Assembly: GCF_003334815.1 (NCBI RefSeq)
Contig: NZ_QOWO01000006.1
Reading direction: 5' to 3' (one strand)
Source of the DNA: Escherichia coli
GTDB taxonomy: Bacteria > Pseudomonadota > Gammaproteobacteria > Enterobacterales > Enterobacteriaceae
Length of the DNA: 64,000 nucleotides
In this document: one piece after another, positions 10,636 to 22,260 of the stretch
How positions within the stretch are numbered: position 1 is the first letter of the stretch
How the letters are laid out: every line of letters begins with the position of its first letter
The notes under the pieces: model-generated
Told to the model about the DNA's origin: nothing
Databases searched by the model: none
The model's input: only the letters and a program-made list of their open reading frames with translations
Translations under genes and position numbers: made by a program

Positions 10636-12336
10636 TTACATTAACTGACTTTCCTCACCCTCCGCAGAGCGAAAGCTAATACTCACTAACGTGCCGCCGC
10701 CGGAAGGTTGTGAAAAAGTCAGCGTCCCACCTAGCCGTTCCGCGCGTTCGCGCATGATATTCAGACCATAATGACCTTCGGGTTCTTTCGGTTCACCGAT
10801 ACCAATCCCGTTATCACGGATATAAACCGTGTGATTGCCGTCCGGCGCGGTGACGCAACTGACGGCGATTTCGCTGGCGTTGGCGTGCTTCATCGCATTC
10901 AGCACCGCTTCGCGAATAATTTGCAACAAATGCACCTGCATTTGCGCATCCAGTGCCAGGGTTGGCAGACGGCAGTCGAGGGTCAGTTTGGCGCTGGTTT
11001 GATTTTGTAACGTATCCAGCATTTCCCTCAATGCGGAGGGGAGATCCGCCTGCTGCAGCGTCAGGCGGAAAGTAGTCAACAGCTCGCGTAACTGCCGATA
11101 AGCATCATTCAACGCCTGGGAAAAATCGGCCATGATACTTTGTGCGGTGGCGTTATCTTCCGGTATCGAACGCTTCAGTAACGTCAACTGGATACGTAAG
11201 TAAGAAAGTACCTGAGCCAGCGAGTCGTGCAATTCGCGGGCGATGGTCGCACGTTCTTCCATCAACAATAATTGCTGAAAATGCTTCTGCGCCTGATTAA
11301 AGTACAAACCGCGTCCCAGCATCGACGAAACGCTGTTAAGCAGCGGTTCTGATGATGAAACGTGACTATTTTGCCAGTGCAGTTCGCCGTAAACCGTCTC
11401 TTGCATTGTCACCGGTAAAATCTGCATCGGCAATTCCGGGTTTGGTTGCCCTTCGCTAATCCGCCAGTTTTCACCGACATTTAACTCCAGATATTCAGCC
11501 GCTTCATTGTCGCGAACAATCTGCAAAATATGGCGGAAACAATGCACATCAATCTGGCTAGTGTTCAGCGCCTGCGAACACTGATACAACACCTCCAGAC
11601 GACGCTTGGCCTCGTGGAGATCGCGGGTCTTTTCTTCTACTGACGCTTCCAGCGAACGGTACAATTTATGCAGCTCGCTCGACATCTGGTTAAAGGTTTT
11701 TGCAAGCAGACCAAGCTCATTCGGCAGGTTGGTATCCAGCGGCGGCGAGTCGAACTGCCCGTGTTCAATACGCTGACTGGCGGTAACCAGCTGATTCAGC
11801 GGGGCAACCACCTGATGGCGTATGCGGCGCAAAGTAAAAAAGACCAGCGTGAAAATACCGATGCCGCCAGCCAGGGAAATCGCCACCACCAGCAGCATTT
11901 TGCGTTCAGCGTAGTGCTGTAAAGCCAGTACGAACAGGTCTATCTGATTAACATAATTATTAATATTGGCCTGATACCACGGCAAATCGCCCTTGCTGAG
12001 CCGATTATTCATCTCCAGCCAGTTGGCATTCAGATGCGCATAGCGAGTTTTTACTGCTTCTGGCACATACCAGACGTTGAGGTTGGTTAATACCGGTGAA
12101 TGCAGTGCCTGCTGAAATAACTGGCGATGTGCATTGAGTTGTGGACTGCCACTTTGCAAGTCGTAGCCCAGGCGGTAACTCTGCATACGCAGCGATCCGG
12201 CAATATTGATAGCCTCAGCGTCGCGCAAACTGCTCGCCAGAGTTAGCAGAGCGATACCCGTGGAAAGAATCGACAGCAGCACAATGTAAAAAAAGGCCCG
12301 GGCCAGACTGGCCGAGACGGGTCGTTTAACAATCAC
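10636..12336 (-). CDS. narQ: Nitrate/nitrite sensor histidine kinase
   Basis: ORF track 10636..12360 (574 aa); the 566-aa form I recall for NarQ would start at the GTG at 12336 (MIVKRPVSASLARAFF...); the upstream ATG at 12360 is an alternative. Confidence 0.85.
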   Translation of the reverse strand: MIVKRPVSASLARAFFYIVLLSILSTGIALLTLASSLRDAEAINIAGSLRMQSYRLGYDLQSGSPQLNAHRQLFQQALHSPVLTNLNVWYVPEAVKTRYAHLNANWLEMNNRLSKGDLPWYQANINNYVNQIDLFVLALQHYAERKMLLVVAISLAGGIGIFTLVFFTLRRIRHQVVAPLNQLVTASQRIEHGQFDSPPLDTNLPNELGLLAKTFNQMSSELHKLYRSLEASVEEKTRDLHEAKRRLEVLYQCSQALNTSQIDVHCFRHILQIVRDNEAAEYLELNVGENWRISEGQPNPELPMQILPVTMQETVYGELHWQNSHVSSSEPLLNSVSSMLGRGLYFNQAQKHFQQLLLMEERATIARELHDSLAQVLSYLRIQLTLLKRSIPEDNATAQSIMADFSQALNDAYRQLRELLTTFRLTLQQADLPSALREMLDTLQNQTSAKLTLDCRLPTLALDAQMQVHLLQIIREAVLNAMKHANASEIAVSCVTAPDGNHTVYIRDNGIGIGEPKEPEGHYGLNIMRERAERLGGTLTFSQPSGGGTLVSISFRSAEGEESQLM

Positions 12337-12540
12337 ACGCGTCTTCTCCACAAAAATCATTAATGTTCCAGTTCGCTGAAACGCAATTTAGTCAGTGATG
12401 GGATTATTTGATCTGCCACAGTTTATAGCGAAATAGTTACTTATTCTGGGCACATGAACATTGCCGATTCCCCTGTAAGTCGGGTAATAACAACACTCAT
12501 ATAAAGAATAAGGTTTTTACAACCAAAAAAGAAGGTCGTT

Positions 12541-14520
12541 ATGAATCGTTTTATTATGGCCAACAGTCAGCAATGTCTGGGTTGTCATGCTTGTGAAATC
12601 GCCTGTGTCATGGCTCACAATGATGAGCAACATGTCCTGAGCCAACACCATTTTCATCCCCGAATTACGGTTATCAAACATCAACAGCAACGTAGTGCAG
12701 TGACCTGTCACCATTGTGAAGATGCGCCCTGCGCCCGTAGCTGCCCTAATGGCGCAATCAGCCACGTTGATGACAGCATTCAGGTCAATCAGCAAAAGTG
12801 TATTGGCTGTAAATCCTGCGTGGTGGCCTGTCCTTTTGGTACGATGCAAATCGTCCTGACACCCGTCGCGGCAGGAAAAGTAAAAGCCACGGCGCATAAA
12901 TGCGACCTTTGTGCGGGGCGCGAAAACGGTCCTGCCTGTGTTGAGAATTGCCCGGCGGACGCGCTGCAACTGGTCACTGACGTCGCACTCTCCGGCATGG
13001 CGAAATCCCGCCGCTTGCGCACCGCGCGTCAGGAACATCAACCGTGGCATGCCAGTACCGCGGCGCAAGAAATGCCGGTAATGAGTAAAGTCGAACAAAT
13101 GCAGGCAACGCCCGCGCGTGGCGAGCCGGATAAACTGGCGATTGAAGCGCGCAAAACCGGTTTTGATGAAATTTATCTGCCATTTCGCGCCGACCAGGCA
13201 CAACGGGAAGCCTCGCGCTGCCTTAAGTGCGGCGAGCACAGCGTTTGTGAATGGACCTGCCCGCTGCATAACCATATACCGCAGTGGATTGAACTGGTGA
13301 AAGCCGGAAACATCGACGCCGCCGTCGAGCTTTCTCACCAGACCAACACCCTGCCGGAAATTACCGGACGCGTTTGTCCGCAAGACCGTTTGTGTGAAGG
13401 TGCCTGTACTATTCGCGATGAGCACGGCGCGGTAACTATCGGCAACATTGAACGCTACATTTCAGATCAGGCGTTGGCGAAAGGTTGGCGTCCTGACTTA
13501 AGCCATGTCACCAAAGTGGACAAGCGGGTGGCGATTATCGGTGCAGGTCCGGCAGGGCTGGCCTGTGCGGATGTTCTGACCCGCAATGGCGTGGGGGTGA
13601 CGGTGTACGATCGCCATCCAGAAATCGGTGGCTTGCTCACTTTCGGCATTCCTTCTTTCAAACTGGATAAATCCCTGCTGGCACGCCGTCGGGAAATCTT
13701 CAGCGCGATGGGGATTCACTTCGAACTCAATTGTGAAGTGGGTAAAGATGTCTCTTTGGATTCGCTTTTGGAACAATACGACGCGGTCTTCGTTGGCGTA
13801 GGCACTTACCGTTCCATGAAAGCGGGTTTACCCAATGAAGATGCGCCGGGCGTTTATGACGCGCTGCCGTTCCTCATTGCCAACACTAAACAGGTGATGG
13901 GGCTCGAAGAGCTACCGGAAGAGCCGTTTATCAATACCGCCGGACTTAACGTCGTGGTACTGGGCGGCGGCGACACCGCGATGGACTGTGTGCGTACCGC
14001 ACTGCGCCACGGCGCGAGTAACGTCACCTGCGCTTATCGTCGTGATGAAGCTAACATGCCAGGCTCGAAGAAAGAAGTGAAGAACGCCCGCGAAGAGGGG
14101 GCCAACTTCGAATTTAACGTCCAGCCGGTGGCGCTTGAGCTGAATGAACAAGGTCACGTCTGCGGGATTCGTTTCCTGCGCACGCGTCTTGGAGAGCCGG
14201 ATGCCCAGGGGCGTCGGCGTCCAGTGCCGGTGGAAGGCAGTGAATTTGTCATGCCAGCCGACGCGGTGATTATGGCGTTTGGCTTCAATCCGCACGGGAT
14301 GCCGTGGCTGGAGTCGCACGGTGTAACGGTAGACAAATGGGGCCGCATCATCGCGGATGTGGAAAGCCAGTACCGTTACCAGACCACCAATCCGAAAATC
14401 TTCGCTGGTGGTGACGCCGTGCGTGGTGCGGATCTGGTGGTTACCGCAATGGCAGAAGGACGTCATGCGGCACAGGGGATTATTGACTGGCTGGGGGTAA
14501 AATCAGTCAAATCTCACTGA
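12541..14520 (+). CDS. aegA: Anaerobically expressed Fe-S / FAD-NAD(P) oxidoreductase (4Fe-4S ferredoxin domains plus GltD-like domain)
   Basis: 659-aa ORF; cysteine clusters CxxCxxCxxxCP near the N-terminus; GAGPAG dinucleotide-binding motif; divergent from narQ. Confidence 0.9.
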   Translation: MNRFIMANSQQCLGCHACEIACVMAHNDEQHVLSQHHFHPRITVIKHQQQRSAVTCHHCEDAPCARSCPNGAISHVDDSIQVNQQKCIGCKSCVVACPFGTMQIVLTPVAAGKVKATAHKCDLCAGRENGPACVENCPADALQLVTDVALSGMAKSRRLRTARQEHQPWHASTAAQEMPVMSKVEQMQATPARGEPDKLAIEARKTGFDEIYLPFRADQAQREASRCLKCGEHSVCEWTCPLHNHIPQWIELVKAGNIDAAVELSHQTNTLPEITGRVCPQDRLCEGACTIRDEHGAVTIGNIERYISDQALAKGWRPDLSHVTKVDKRVAIIGAGPAGLACADVLTRNGVGVTVYDRHPEIGGLLTFGIPSFKLDKSLLARRREIFSAMGIHFELNCEVGKDVSLDSLLEQYDAVFVGVGTYRSMKAGLPNEDAPGVYDALPFLIANTKQVMGLEELPEEPFINTAGLNVVVLGGGDTAMDCVRTALRHGASNVTCAYRRDEANMPGSKKEVKNAREEGANFEFNVQPVALELNEQGHVCGIRFLRTRLGEPDAQGRRRPVPVEGSEFVMPADAVIMAFGFNPHGMPWLESHGVTVDKWGRIIADVESQYRYQTTNPKIFAGGDAVRGADLVVTAMAEGRHAAQGIIDWLGVKSVKSH

Positions 14521-14587
14521 TAGCCTGCGCAGACAAACCCGACTTCACAGCGTAAGATAATTGTTCATTTCGCGCTGTGGAGTCGGT

Positions 14588-15163
14588 ATGACGCAACAAA
14601 TCACCCTCATTAAAGACAAAATTCTCTCCGATAACTATTTCACCCTGCACAACATTACTTACGATCTCACGCGCAAAGACGGCGAAGTTATCCGCCATAA
14701 ACGTGAAGTGTACGATCGCGGCAATGGTGCGACGATCCTCCTGTACAACACGAAGAAAAAGACCGTGGTTCTGATTCGTCAGTTCCGTGTCGCTACCTGG
14801 GTTAATGGCAATGAAAGCGGGCAGCTGATTGAAAGCTGCGCCGGGCTGCTGGATAACGACGAACCGGAAGTGTGTATTCGCAAAGAAGCGATTGAAGAGA
14901 CGGGCTATGAAGTGGGTGAAGTGCGCAAATTATTTGAACTGTATATGTCGCCAGGCGGTGTGACTGAGCTAATCCACTTTTTTATCGCCGAATACAGTGA
15001 CAATCAGCGCGCTAACGCCGGTGGCGGTGTCGAAGATGAAGATATTGAAGTGCTCGAGCTGCCGTTCAGCCAGGCGCTGGAGATGATCAAAACCGGCGAG
15101 ATACGTGACGGTAAGACGGTGTTATTGCTTAACTATTTGCAAACGTCACATTTAATGGACTGA
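14588..15163 (+). CDS. nudK: GDP-mannose pyrophosphatase (Nudix hydrolase)
   Basis: ORF track 14561..15163; start trimmed to [11 protein letters not shown]... (191 aa); Nudix box [22 protein letters not shown]. Confidence 0.9.
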   Translation: MTQQITLIKDKILSDNYFTLHNITYDLTRKDGEVIRHKREVYDRGNGATILLYNTKKKTVVLIRQFRVATWVNGNESGQLIESCAGLLDNDEPEVCIRKEAIEETGYEVGEVRKLFELYMSPGGVTELIHFFIAEYSDNQRANAGGGVEDEDIEVLELPFSQALEMIKTGEIRDGKTVLLLNYLQTSHLMD

Positions 15164-15195
15164 AAAATAACAATAATATTTCGTTGTTTATTATT

Positions 15196-15223
15196 GGCTC
15201 AATCCGACAAATCCGATTGAGCC
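15196..15223. other. Perfect 9-bp inverted repeat with 10-nt spacer between nudK and ypfG
   Basis: GGCTCAATC-CGACAAATCC-GATTGAGCC; no adjacent U-tract. Confidence 0.4.
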
Positions 15224-15288
15224 GCGCTACCTGCGCAACGAAGATACGACTTGTGCTGTTTGTTTGAACTTCTGGGGTCGTACCGTCC

Positions 15289-16332
15289 ATGCGCTATCGC
15301 ATTTTCCTTCTCTTTTTTTTCGCTTTGTTGCCGACGTCTTTGGTGTGGGCGGCACCAGCGCAACGGGCGTTTTCCGACTGGCAGGTCACCTGTAATAACC
15401 AAAATTTCTGCGTGGCGCGTAATACGGGCGATCATAATGGACTGGTGATGACCCTGAGCCGCAGCGCCGGGGCGCATACCGATGCCGTTTTACGTATTGA
15501 GCGCGGCGGATTGAAGTCGCCGGAGGCGTCAGAAGGGGAGATAGCGCCACGGCTGCTGTTAGATGGCGAGCCGTTGGCGTTAAGTGGTGACAAGTGGCGG
15601 ATTTCACCATGGTTATTAGTAACCGATGATACGGCAACCATCACCGCGTTTTTGCAGATGATTCAGGAAGGGAAGGCAATCACCTTACGCGATGGCGATC
15701 AGACCATTTCTCTGAGTGGCTTAAAAGCAGCGTTGTTGTTTATTGATGCTCAGCAAAAGCGCGTTGGCAGTGAAACCGCGTGGATCAAGAAAGGGGACGA
15801 ACCGCCGCTCAGCGTACCGCCCGCGCCTGCGCTGAAAGAGGTCGCGGTGGTTAACCCAACGCCGACGCCACTCTCACTCGAAGAACGCAACGATTTGCTG
15901 GATTATGGAAACTGGCGGATGAATGGTCTGCGCTGCTCGCTTGATCCATTGCGTCGTGAGGTGAATGTCACTGCGCTGACTGATGATAAAGCGCTGATGA
16001 TGATTAGCTGTGAGGCAGGGGCCTATAACACCATTGATTTGGCATGGATTGTGTCGCGTAAAAAGCCACTAGCTTCGCGCCCGGTTCGGTTGCGTTTGCC
16101 GTTCAACAACGGTCAGGAGACGAATGAACTGGAACTGATGAACGCAACATTTGATGAGAAATCGCGTGAACTGGTGACCTTAGCGAAAGGGCGCGGATTA
16201 AGCGATTGTGGCATTCAGGCGCGCTGGCGCTTTGACGGTCAGCGTTTTCGCCTGGTGCGTTACGCCGCAGAACCCACCTGCGATAACTGGCATGGGCCAG
16301 ACGCCTGGCCCACGTTGTGGATCACCCGTTAA
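15289..16332 (+). CDS. ypfG: Secreted protein of unknown function YpfG (DUF1176)
   Basis: 347-aa ORF with N-terminal signal peptide MRYRIFLLFFFALLPTSLVWA. Confidence 0.85.
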   Translation: MRYRIFLLFFFALLPTSLVWAAPAQRAFSDWQVTCNNQNFCVARNTGDHNGLVMTLSRSAGAHTDAVLRIERGGLKSPEASEGEIAPRLLLDGEPLALSGDKWRISPWLLVTDDTATITAFLQMIQEGKAITLRDGDQTISLSGLKAALLFIDAQQKRVGSETAWIKKGDEPPLSVPPAPALKEVAVVNPTPTPLSLEERNDLLDYGNWRMNGLRCSLDPLRREVNVTALTDDKALMMISCEAGAYNTIDLAWIVSRKKPLASRPVRLRLPFNNGQETNELELMNATFDEKSRELVTLAKGRGLSDCGIQARWRFDGQRFRLVRYAAEPTCDNWHGPDAWPTLWITR

Positions 16333-16347
16333 ACAAAATGGCGGGAC

Positions 16348-16423
16348 ATGTAGGCCGGATAAGACGCTGTAGGCCGGATAAGACGCGTCAGCGTCGCATC
16401 CGGCAATCAGCATCCGGCAATCA
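16348..16423. repeat. REP-like cluster between the convergent genes ypfG and tktB, with internal tandem duplications
   Basis: GTAGGCCGGATAAGACGC occurs twice in tandem, followed by two CATCCGGCAATCA copies. Confidence 0.8.
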
Positions 16424-16426
16424 CCA

Positions 16427-18430
16427 TCAGGCACCTTTCACTCCCAGCACCTTATGCGCTTTTGCCACAATATTCTCGGCGGTAAAGCCAAAGAACGGGA
16501 ACAGCTTATCCGCCGGAGCAGATTCCCCGTAACCCGTCATCCCGACAATTGCCCCTTTCAGACCAACATACTTGTACCAGTAATCGGCAATACCTGCTTC
16601 CACCGCCACGCGAGCCGCAACGTTAGAAGGCAACACCGACTCCCGATATTCCTCATCCTGGGCGTCGAAAATATCGGTCGAGGGCAGGGAAACTACGCGT
16701 ACATTGCGACCTTCTCCTGCTAATTTCTCTGCCGCTTGCAGGGTAATTTCCATCTCTGAACCGGTGGCAATCAGAATAATATCTGGCTTACCGCCGCTGT
16801 CTTTCAGCACATAACCGCCACGAGCAATCTCTTTAACCTGATCCGGCGTACGTTCCACCTGGGCCAGATTCTGCCTTGAGAGGATCAGTGCCGTCGGTCC
16901 GTTGTGGCGCTCAACCGCCAGCTTCCAGCCCACCGCCGCTTCCACCTGATCGCACGGTCGCCAGGTGCTGAAATTTGGCGTTAAGCGCAGGCTGGCCAGT
17001 TGCTCAACAGCCTGGTGCGTCGGACCATCTTCGCCCAGGCCAATTGAGTCGTGGGTATAAACCATAATCTGCCGCGCTTTCATCAGTGCCGCCATCCGCG
17101 CGGCGTTACGGGCGTATTCAACAAACATCAGGAACGTCGCGGTATACGGCACAAAGCCGCCGTGGTGCGCGATGCCGTTGGCGATAGCGGTCATGCCAAA
17201 TTCACGCACCCCGTAGTGAATGTAGTTGCCCGCTGGATCTTCCTTCAGCGAAACAGAACCTTTCCAGATGGTCAGGTTGCTGGGAGCCAGATCCGCCGAA
17301 CCGCCGAGCAACTCAGGCAGCATCGGCCCGTAAGCGTTAAGCGTATTTTGCGAAGCCTTACGGGTAGCGATTTTCGCCGGATTTGCCTGTAACTCATTGA
17401 TATATTTCTGAGTCGTTTTCTCCCAGTCCTTCGGTAAACCACCGCTCATCCGTCGGGTAAACTCTTCTGCCAGTTGCGGATGAGCCTTTTTATAGGCGGC
17501 AAACTTCTCATTCCAGCTCTGCTGCGCTTTTTCGCCTTTTTCACGGGCATCCCAGGCGTGATAAATCTCTTTAGGGATCTCAAATGGCGGATGGTGCCAG
17601 CCCAGTTTTTGCCGTGCCAGCGCCACTTCTTCTTCCCCCAGTGGTGCGCCGTGCGCCTCTTCCTTACCTGCTTTATTCGGCGAACCAAAGCCAATCACCG
17701 TACGGCAGATAATCAGCGACGGCTTATCTTTCACGCTTTGCGCTTCAAGGATCGCTTCCTTCACCGCCTGCGGATCGTGACCGTCGATTTCATGGATCAC
17801 ATGCCAGTGATAGGCTTCAAAACGTTTTGCCGTATCGTCGGTAAACCAGCCTTCTGTTTCACCGTCGATGGAAATACCGTTGTGATCGTAAAAACCAATC
17901 AGCTTGCCCAGTCCCAGCGTGCCTGCCAGCGAACAGACTTCGTGGGAAATACCTTCCATCAGGCAGCCGTCGCCCATAAACACATAGGTGAAGTGATCGA
18001 CGATCTCATGGTCTGGCTGGTTAAACTGCGCCGCCAGTGTACGCTCTGCTATCGCCAGCCCGACGGCGTTCGCCAAACCTTGTCCAAGCGGGCCGGTGGT
18101 GGTTTCAACGCCTGGCGTATAGCCAATCTCCGGGTGGCCTGGGGTTTTCGAATGCAACTGACGGAAGTTCTTCAGTTCTTCCAGCGGCAGGTCGTAACCG
18201 GTCAGATGTAGCAAACTGTAGAGCAGCATCGACGCGTGACCGTTGGAAAGAATAAAGCGGTCGCGATCATACCAGGTTGGGTCGGTAGGGTTATGTTTAA
18301 GAAAATCGTTCCACAGCACTTCGGCAATATCAGCCATGCCCATCGGCGCGCCGGGATGACCAGAGTTGGCTTTTTGTACCGCATCCATACTGAGTGCGCG
18401 AATCGCATTGGCAAGGTCTTTTCGGGACAT
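16427..18430 (-). CDS. tktB: Transketolase 2
   Basis: ORF track 16427..18493; start trimmed to [27 protein letters not shown]... (667 aa). Confidence 0.95.
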   Translation of the reverse strand: MSRKDLANAIRALSMDAVQKANSGHPGAPMGMADIAEVLWNDFLKHNPTDPTWYDRDRFILSNGHASMLLYSLLHLTGYDLPLEELKNFRQLHSKTPGHPEIGYTPGVETTTGPLGQGLANAVGLAIAERTLAAQFNQPDHEIVDHFTYVFMGDGCLMEGISHEVCSLAGTLGLGKLIGFYDHNGISIDGETEGWFTDDTAKRFEAYHWHVIHEIDGHDPQAVKEAILEAQSVKDKPSLIICRTVIGFGSPNKAGKEEAHGAPLGEEEVALARQKLGWHHPPFEIPKEIYHAWDAREKGEKAQQSWNEKFAAYKKAHPQLAEEFTRRMSGGLPKDWEKTTQKYINELQANPAKIATRKASQNTLNAYGPMLPELLGGSADLAPSNLTIWKGSVSLKEDPAGNYIHYGVREFGMTAIANGIAHHGGFVPYTATFLMFVEYARNAARMAALMKARQIMVYTHDSIGLGEDGPTHQAVEQLASLRLTPNFSTWRPCDQVEAAVGWKLAVERHNGPTALILSRQNLAQVERTPDQVKEIARGGYVLKDSGGKPDIILIATGSEMEITLQAAEKLAGEGRNVRVVSLPSTDIFDAQDEEYRESVLPSNVAARVAVEAGIADYWYKYVGLKGAIVGMTGYGESAPADKLFPFFGFTAENIVAKAHKVLGVKGA

Positions 18431-18449
18431 ATAACACTCCGTGGCTGGT

Positions 18450-19400
18450 TTATAGTTTGGCGGCAAGAAGATCTTCCAGTTTGCGTTGATCAACGGCGAA
18501 CAGACGAATGCCTTCAGACAGTTTTTCTACCGCCATCGCATCCTGATTGTGCTCCCAACGGAACTCCGCTTCGCTCATGGGAGCTGGGCGTGGGAACGTC
18601 TGAGAAGGTGGGATTAATTTACGTACCACTGGCGAAACTTTTTCCTGCAGCTCCTTCAGTAAATTCGGTGCGATAGTCAGTCGATCGCAGCCGGTTAAGG
18701 CGAGGATTTGTTCGGTGCGACGGAAGCTCGCGCCCATCACAATGGTTTCATAGTGGTGTTGCTTATAGTAGTCGTAGATATTGCGCACCGATTTAACGCC
18801 CGGATCTTCTTCCACCACATACGGGTCCATCGGCTTGCGTGCCTGATACCAGTCATAAATACGCCCGACAAACGGCGAAATCAGAAAAACGCCTGCTTCC
18901 GCACAGGCCCGTGCCTGTGCAAAAGAAAACAGCAGCGTCAGGTTGCAGTTAATACCTTCTTTTTCCAGCTCTTCTGCCGCGCGAATTCCTTCCCAGGTCG
19001 AAGCCAGCTTGATCAGAATGCGTGATTTCTCAACGCCTTGTTGCTGATACAAGTCCACCAGATGGCGCGCCTTCTCAATACTCTTTTCTTTATCAAAAGA
19101 GAGGCGTGCATCAACTTCTGTTGACACGCGACCGGGTACGATTTTGAGGATTTCAGCACCGAAATTGACCGCCAGTTTGTCACACGCTGCGACCACCTGT
19201 TGTTCCTGGGTCTTGCCATTTTTTTTACCCCAGGCGATAGCATCGTCTATTAAATGCTCATATTGTGATAATCCGGCAGCTTTGAGTAACAGCGAAGGAT
19301 TGGTGGTGGCATCCTGGGGATGATAATGGCGAATGGACTCAATATCGCCGCTGTCTGCCACGACAGTGGTGAACTGTTTGATGCCGTCTAACTCGTTCAT
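18450..19400 (-). CDS. talA: Transaldolase A
   Basis: 316-aa ORF; 19-bp gap to tktB, consistent with a talA-tktB operon. Confidence 0.95.
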   Translation of the reverse strand: MNELDGIKQFTTVVADSGDIESIRHYHPQDATTNPSLLLKAAGLSQYEHLIDDAIAWGKKNGKTQEQQVVAACDKLAVNFGAEILKIVPGRVSTEVDARLSFDKEKSIEKARHLVDLYQQQGVEKSRILIKLASTWEGIRAAEELEKEGINCNLTLLFSFAQARACAEAGVFLISPFVGRIYDWYQARKPMDPYVVEEDPGVKSVRNIYDYYKQHHYETIVMGASFRRTEQILALTGCDRLTIAPNLLKELQEKVSPVVRKLIPPSQTFPRPAPMSEAEFRWEHNQDAMAVEKLSEGIRLFAVDQRKLEDLLAAKL

Positions 19401-19688
19401 AGGAAATACTCCTTGAAAAGTAAAGTGTTAGATGAGTGCGTTAATTCACACTTCTGAGAAATTTCGCTAAACGCATCAAAAAAGCATAGCAGACAGGCAT
19501 GGTATTGCTGGATTAAGCAGGTAACATCAGTGTTATAGGATTATTACCAAAACATTATATTAATGGTGAGAGTTTGGACTTGCTCAAAGTCTGTAGACTC
19601 CGGCAGGGTAATAATGTGCGCCACGTTGTGGGCAGGGGCTGTTGCCCACACACTTTATTTGTGAACGTTACGTGAAAGGAACAACCAA

Positions 19689-21968
19689 ATGGATGACCAG
19701 TTAAAACAAAGTGCACTTGATTTCCATGAATTTCCAGTTCCAGGGAAAATCCAGGTTTCTCCAACCAAGCCTCTGGCAACACAGCGCGATCTGGCGCTGG
19801 CCTACTCACCAGGCGTTGCCGCACCTTGTCTTGAAATCGAAAAAGACCCGTTAAAAGCCTACAAATATACCGCCCGCGGTAACCTGGTGGCGGTGATCTC
19901 TAACGGTACGGCGGTGCTGGGGTTAGGCAACATTGGCGCGCTGGCAGGCAAACCGGTGATGGAAGGCAAGGGCGTTCTGTTTAAGAAATTCGCCGGGATT
20001 GATGTATTTGACATTGAAGTTGACGAACTCGACCCGGACAAATTTATTGAAGTTGTCGCCGCGCTCGAACCAACCTTCGGCGGCATCAACCTCGAAGACA
20101 TTAAAGCGCCAGAATGTTTCTATATTGAACAGAAACTGCGCGAGCGGATGAATATTCCGGTATTCCACGACGATCAGCACGGCACGGCAATTATCAGCAC
20201 TGCCGCCATCCTCAACGGCTTGCGCGTGGTGGAGAAAAACATCTCCGACGTGCGGATGGTGGTTTCCGGCGCGGGTGCCGCAGCAATCGCCTGTATGAAC
20301 CTGCTGGTAGCGCTGGGTCTGCAAAAACATAACATCGTGGTTTGCGATTCAAAAGGCGTTATCTATCAGGGCCGTGAGCCAAACATGGCGGAAACCAAAG
20401 CCGCATATGCGGTGGTGGATGACGGCAAACGTACCCTCGATGATGTGATTGAAGGCGCGGATATTTTCCTGGGCTGTTCCGGCCCGAAAGTGCTGACCCA
20501 GGAAATGGTGAAGAAAATGGCTCGTGCGCCAATGATCCTGGCGCTGGCGAACCCGGAACCGGAAATTCTGCCGCCGCTGGCGAAAGAAGTGCGTCCGGAT
20601 GCCATCATTTGCACCGGTCGTTCTGACTATCCGAACCAGGTGAACAACGTCCTGTGCTTCCCGTTCATCTTCCGTGGCGCGCTGGACGTTGGCGCAACCG
20701 CCATCAACGAAGAGATGAAACTGGCGGCGGTACGTGCGATTGCAGAACTCGCCCATGCGGAACAGAGCGAAGTGGTGGCTTCAGCGTATGGCGATCAGGA
20801 TCTGAGCTTTGGTCCGGAATACATCATTCCAAAACCGTTTGATCCGCGCTTGATCGTTAAGATCGCTCCTGCGGTCGCTAAAGCCGCGATGGAGTCGGGC
20901 GTGGCGACTCGTCCGATTGCTGATTTCGACGTCTACATCGACAAGCTGACTGAGTTCGTTTACAAAACCAACCTGTTTATGAAGCCGATTTTCTCCCAGG
21001 CTCGCAAAGCGCCGAAGCGCGTTGTTCTGCCGGAAGGGGAAGAGGCGCGCGTTCTGCATGCCACTCAGGAACTGGTAACGCTGGGACTGGCGAAACCGAT
21101 CCTTATCGGTCGTCCGAACGTGATCGAAATGCGCATTCAGAAACTGGGCTTGCAGATCAAAGCGGGCGTTGATTTTGAGATCGTCAATAACGAATCCGAT
21201 CCGCGCTTTAAAGAGTACTGGACCGAATACTTCCAGATCATGAAGCGTCGCGGCGTCACTCAGGAACAGGCGCAGCGGGCGCTGATCAGTAACCCGACAG
21301 TGATCGGCGCGATCATGGTTCAGCGTGGGGAAGCCGATGCAATGATTTGCGGTACGGTGGGTGATTATCATGAACATTTTAGCGTGGTGAAAAATGTCTT
21401 TGGTTATCGCGATGGCGTTCACACCGCAGGTGCCATGAACGCGCTGCTGCTGCCGAGTGGTAACACCTTTATTGCCGATACATATGTTAATGATGAACCG
21501 GATGCAGAAGAGCTGGCGGAGATCACCTTGATGGCGGCAGAAACTGTCCGTCGTTTTGGTATTGAGCCGCGCGTTGCTTTGTTGTCGCACTCCAACTTTG
21601 GTTCTTCTGACTGCCCGTCGTCGAGCAAAATGCGTCAGGCGCTGGAACTGGTCAGGGAACGTGCACCAGAACTGATGATTGATGGTGAAATGCACGGCGA
21701 TGCAGCGCTGGTGGAAGCGATTCGCAACGACCGTATGCCGGACAGCTCTTTGAAAGGTTCCGCCAATATTCTGGTGATGCCGAACATGGAAGCTGCCCGC
21801 ATTAGTTACAACTTACTGCGTGTTTCCAGCTCGGAAGGTGTGACTGTCGGCCCGGTGCTGATGGGTGTGGCGAAACCGGTTCACGTGTTAACGCCGATCG
21901 CATCGGTGCGTCGTATCGTCAACATGGTGGCGCTGGCCGTGGTAGAAGCGCAAACCCAACCGCTGTAA
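19689..21968 (+). CDS. maeB: NADP-dependent malic enzyme (with C-terminal phosphotransacetylase-like domain)
   Basis: 759-aa [26 protein letters not shown]... Confidence 0.95.
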
Positions 21969-21986
21969 TTTTTTTTAACTCTCACG

Positions 21987-22010
21987 CTTACCCTGAATAT
22001 TCAGGGTAAG
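21987..22010. other. Perfect 24-bp palindrome immediately downstream of maeB
   Basis: CTTACCCTGAATATTCAGGGTAAG is its own reverse complement; preceded by a T8 run. Confidence 0.5.
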
Positions 22011-22260
22011 CAGTTTAGCTGCAATATATTAGTAAAGCTTATTACTGAGTTTGCGAATAATAAAAAAAAGCAGTCTATATAATATCTCGATATTATTTTA
22101 TTTATATTCATGCGTTGCATATGAAAGTTTATGCACCACAGCGAATATCTCTCCATTCTTAGTGATCTACCTCACCTTTTAAACGCGCTTGCCGAATTTT
22201 GTTATTTACTCTGACGAAAAATTGTCACGATACACGAAAGTTTTTCACAGGCGGCGACTC

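Noticed and set aside
10636-12360. Calling narQ from the upstream ATG at 12360 (574 aa)
   Set aside because: The 566-aa form I recall for NarQ corresponds to the GTG at 12336. The ATG 24 nt upstream is possible but unverified, so I report the shorter form and note the ambiguity.
12517-13425. Long antisense ORFs inside known genes (e.g. 12517..13425 opposite aegA, 20781..21695 opposite maeB, 40719..41645 opposite yfeX, 17474..18211 opposite tktB, 47985..48713 opposite cysP, 23180..23755 opposite eutQ)
   Set aside because: They lie entirely within well-supported genes on the opposite strand, lack ribosome-binding sites, and have the Arg/His/Phe-rich composition typical of antisense frames of GC-rich codon-biased genes. 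Treated as frame artefacts.
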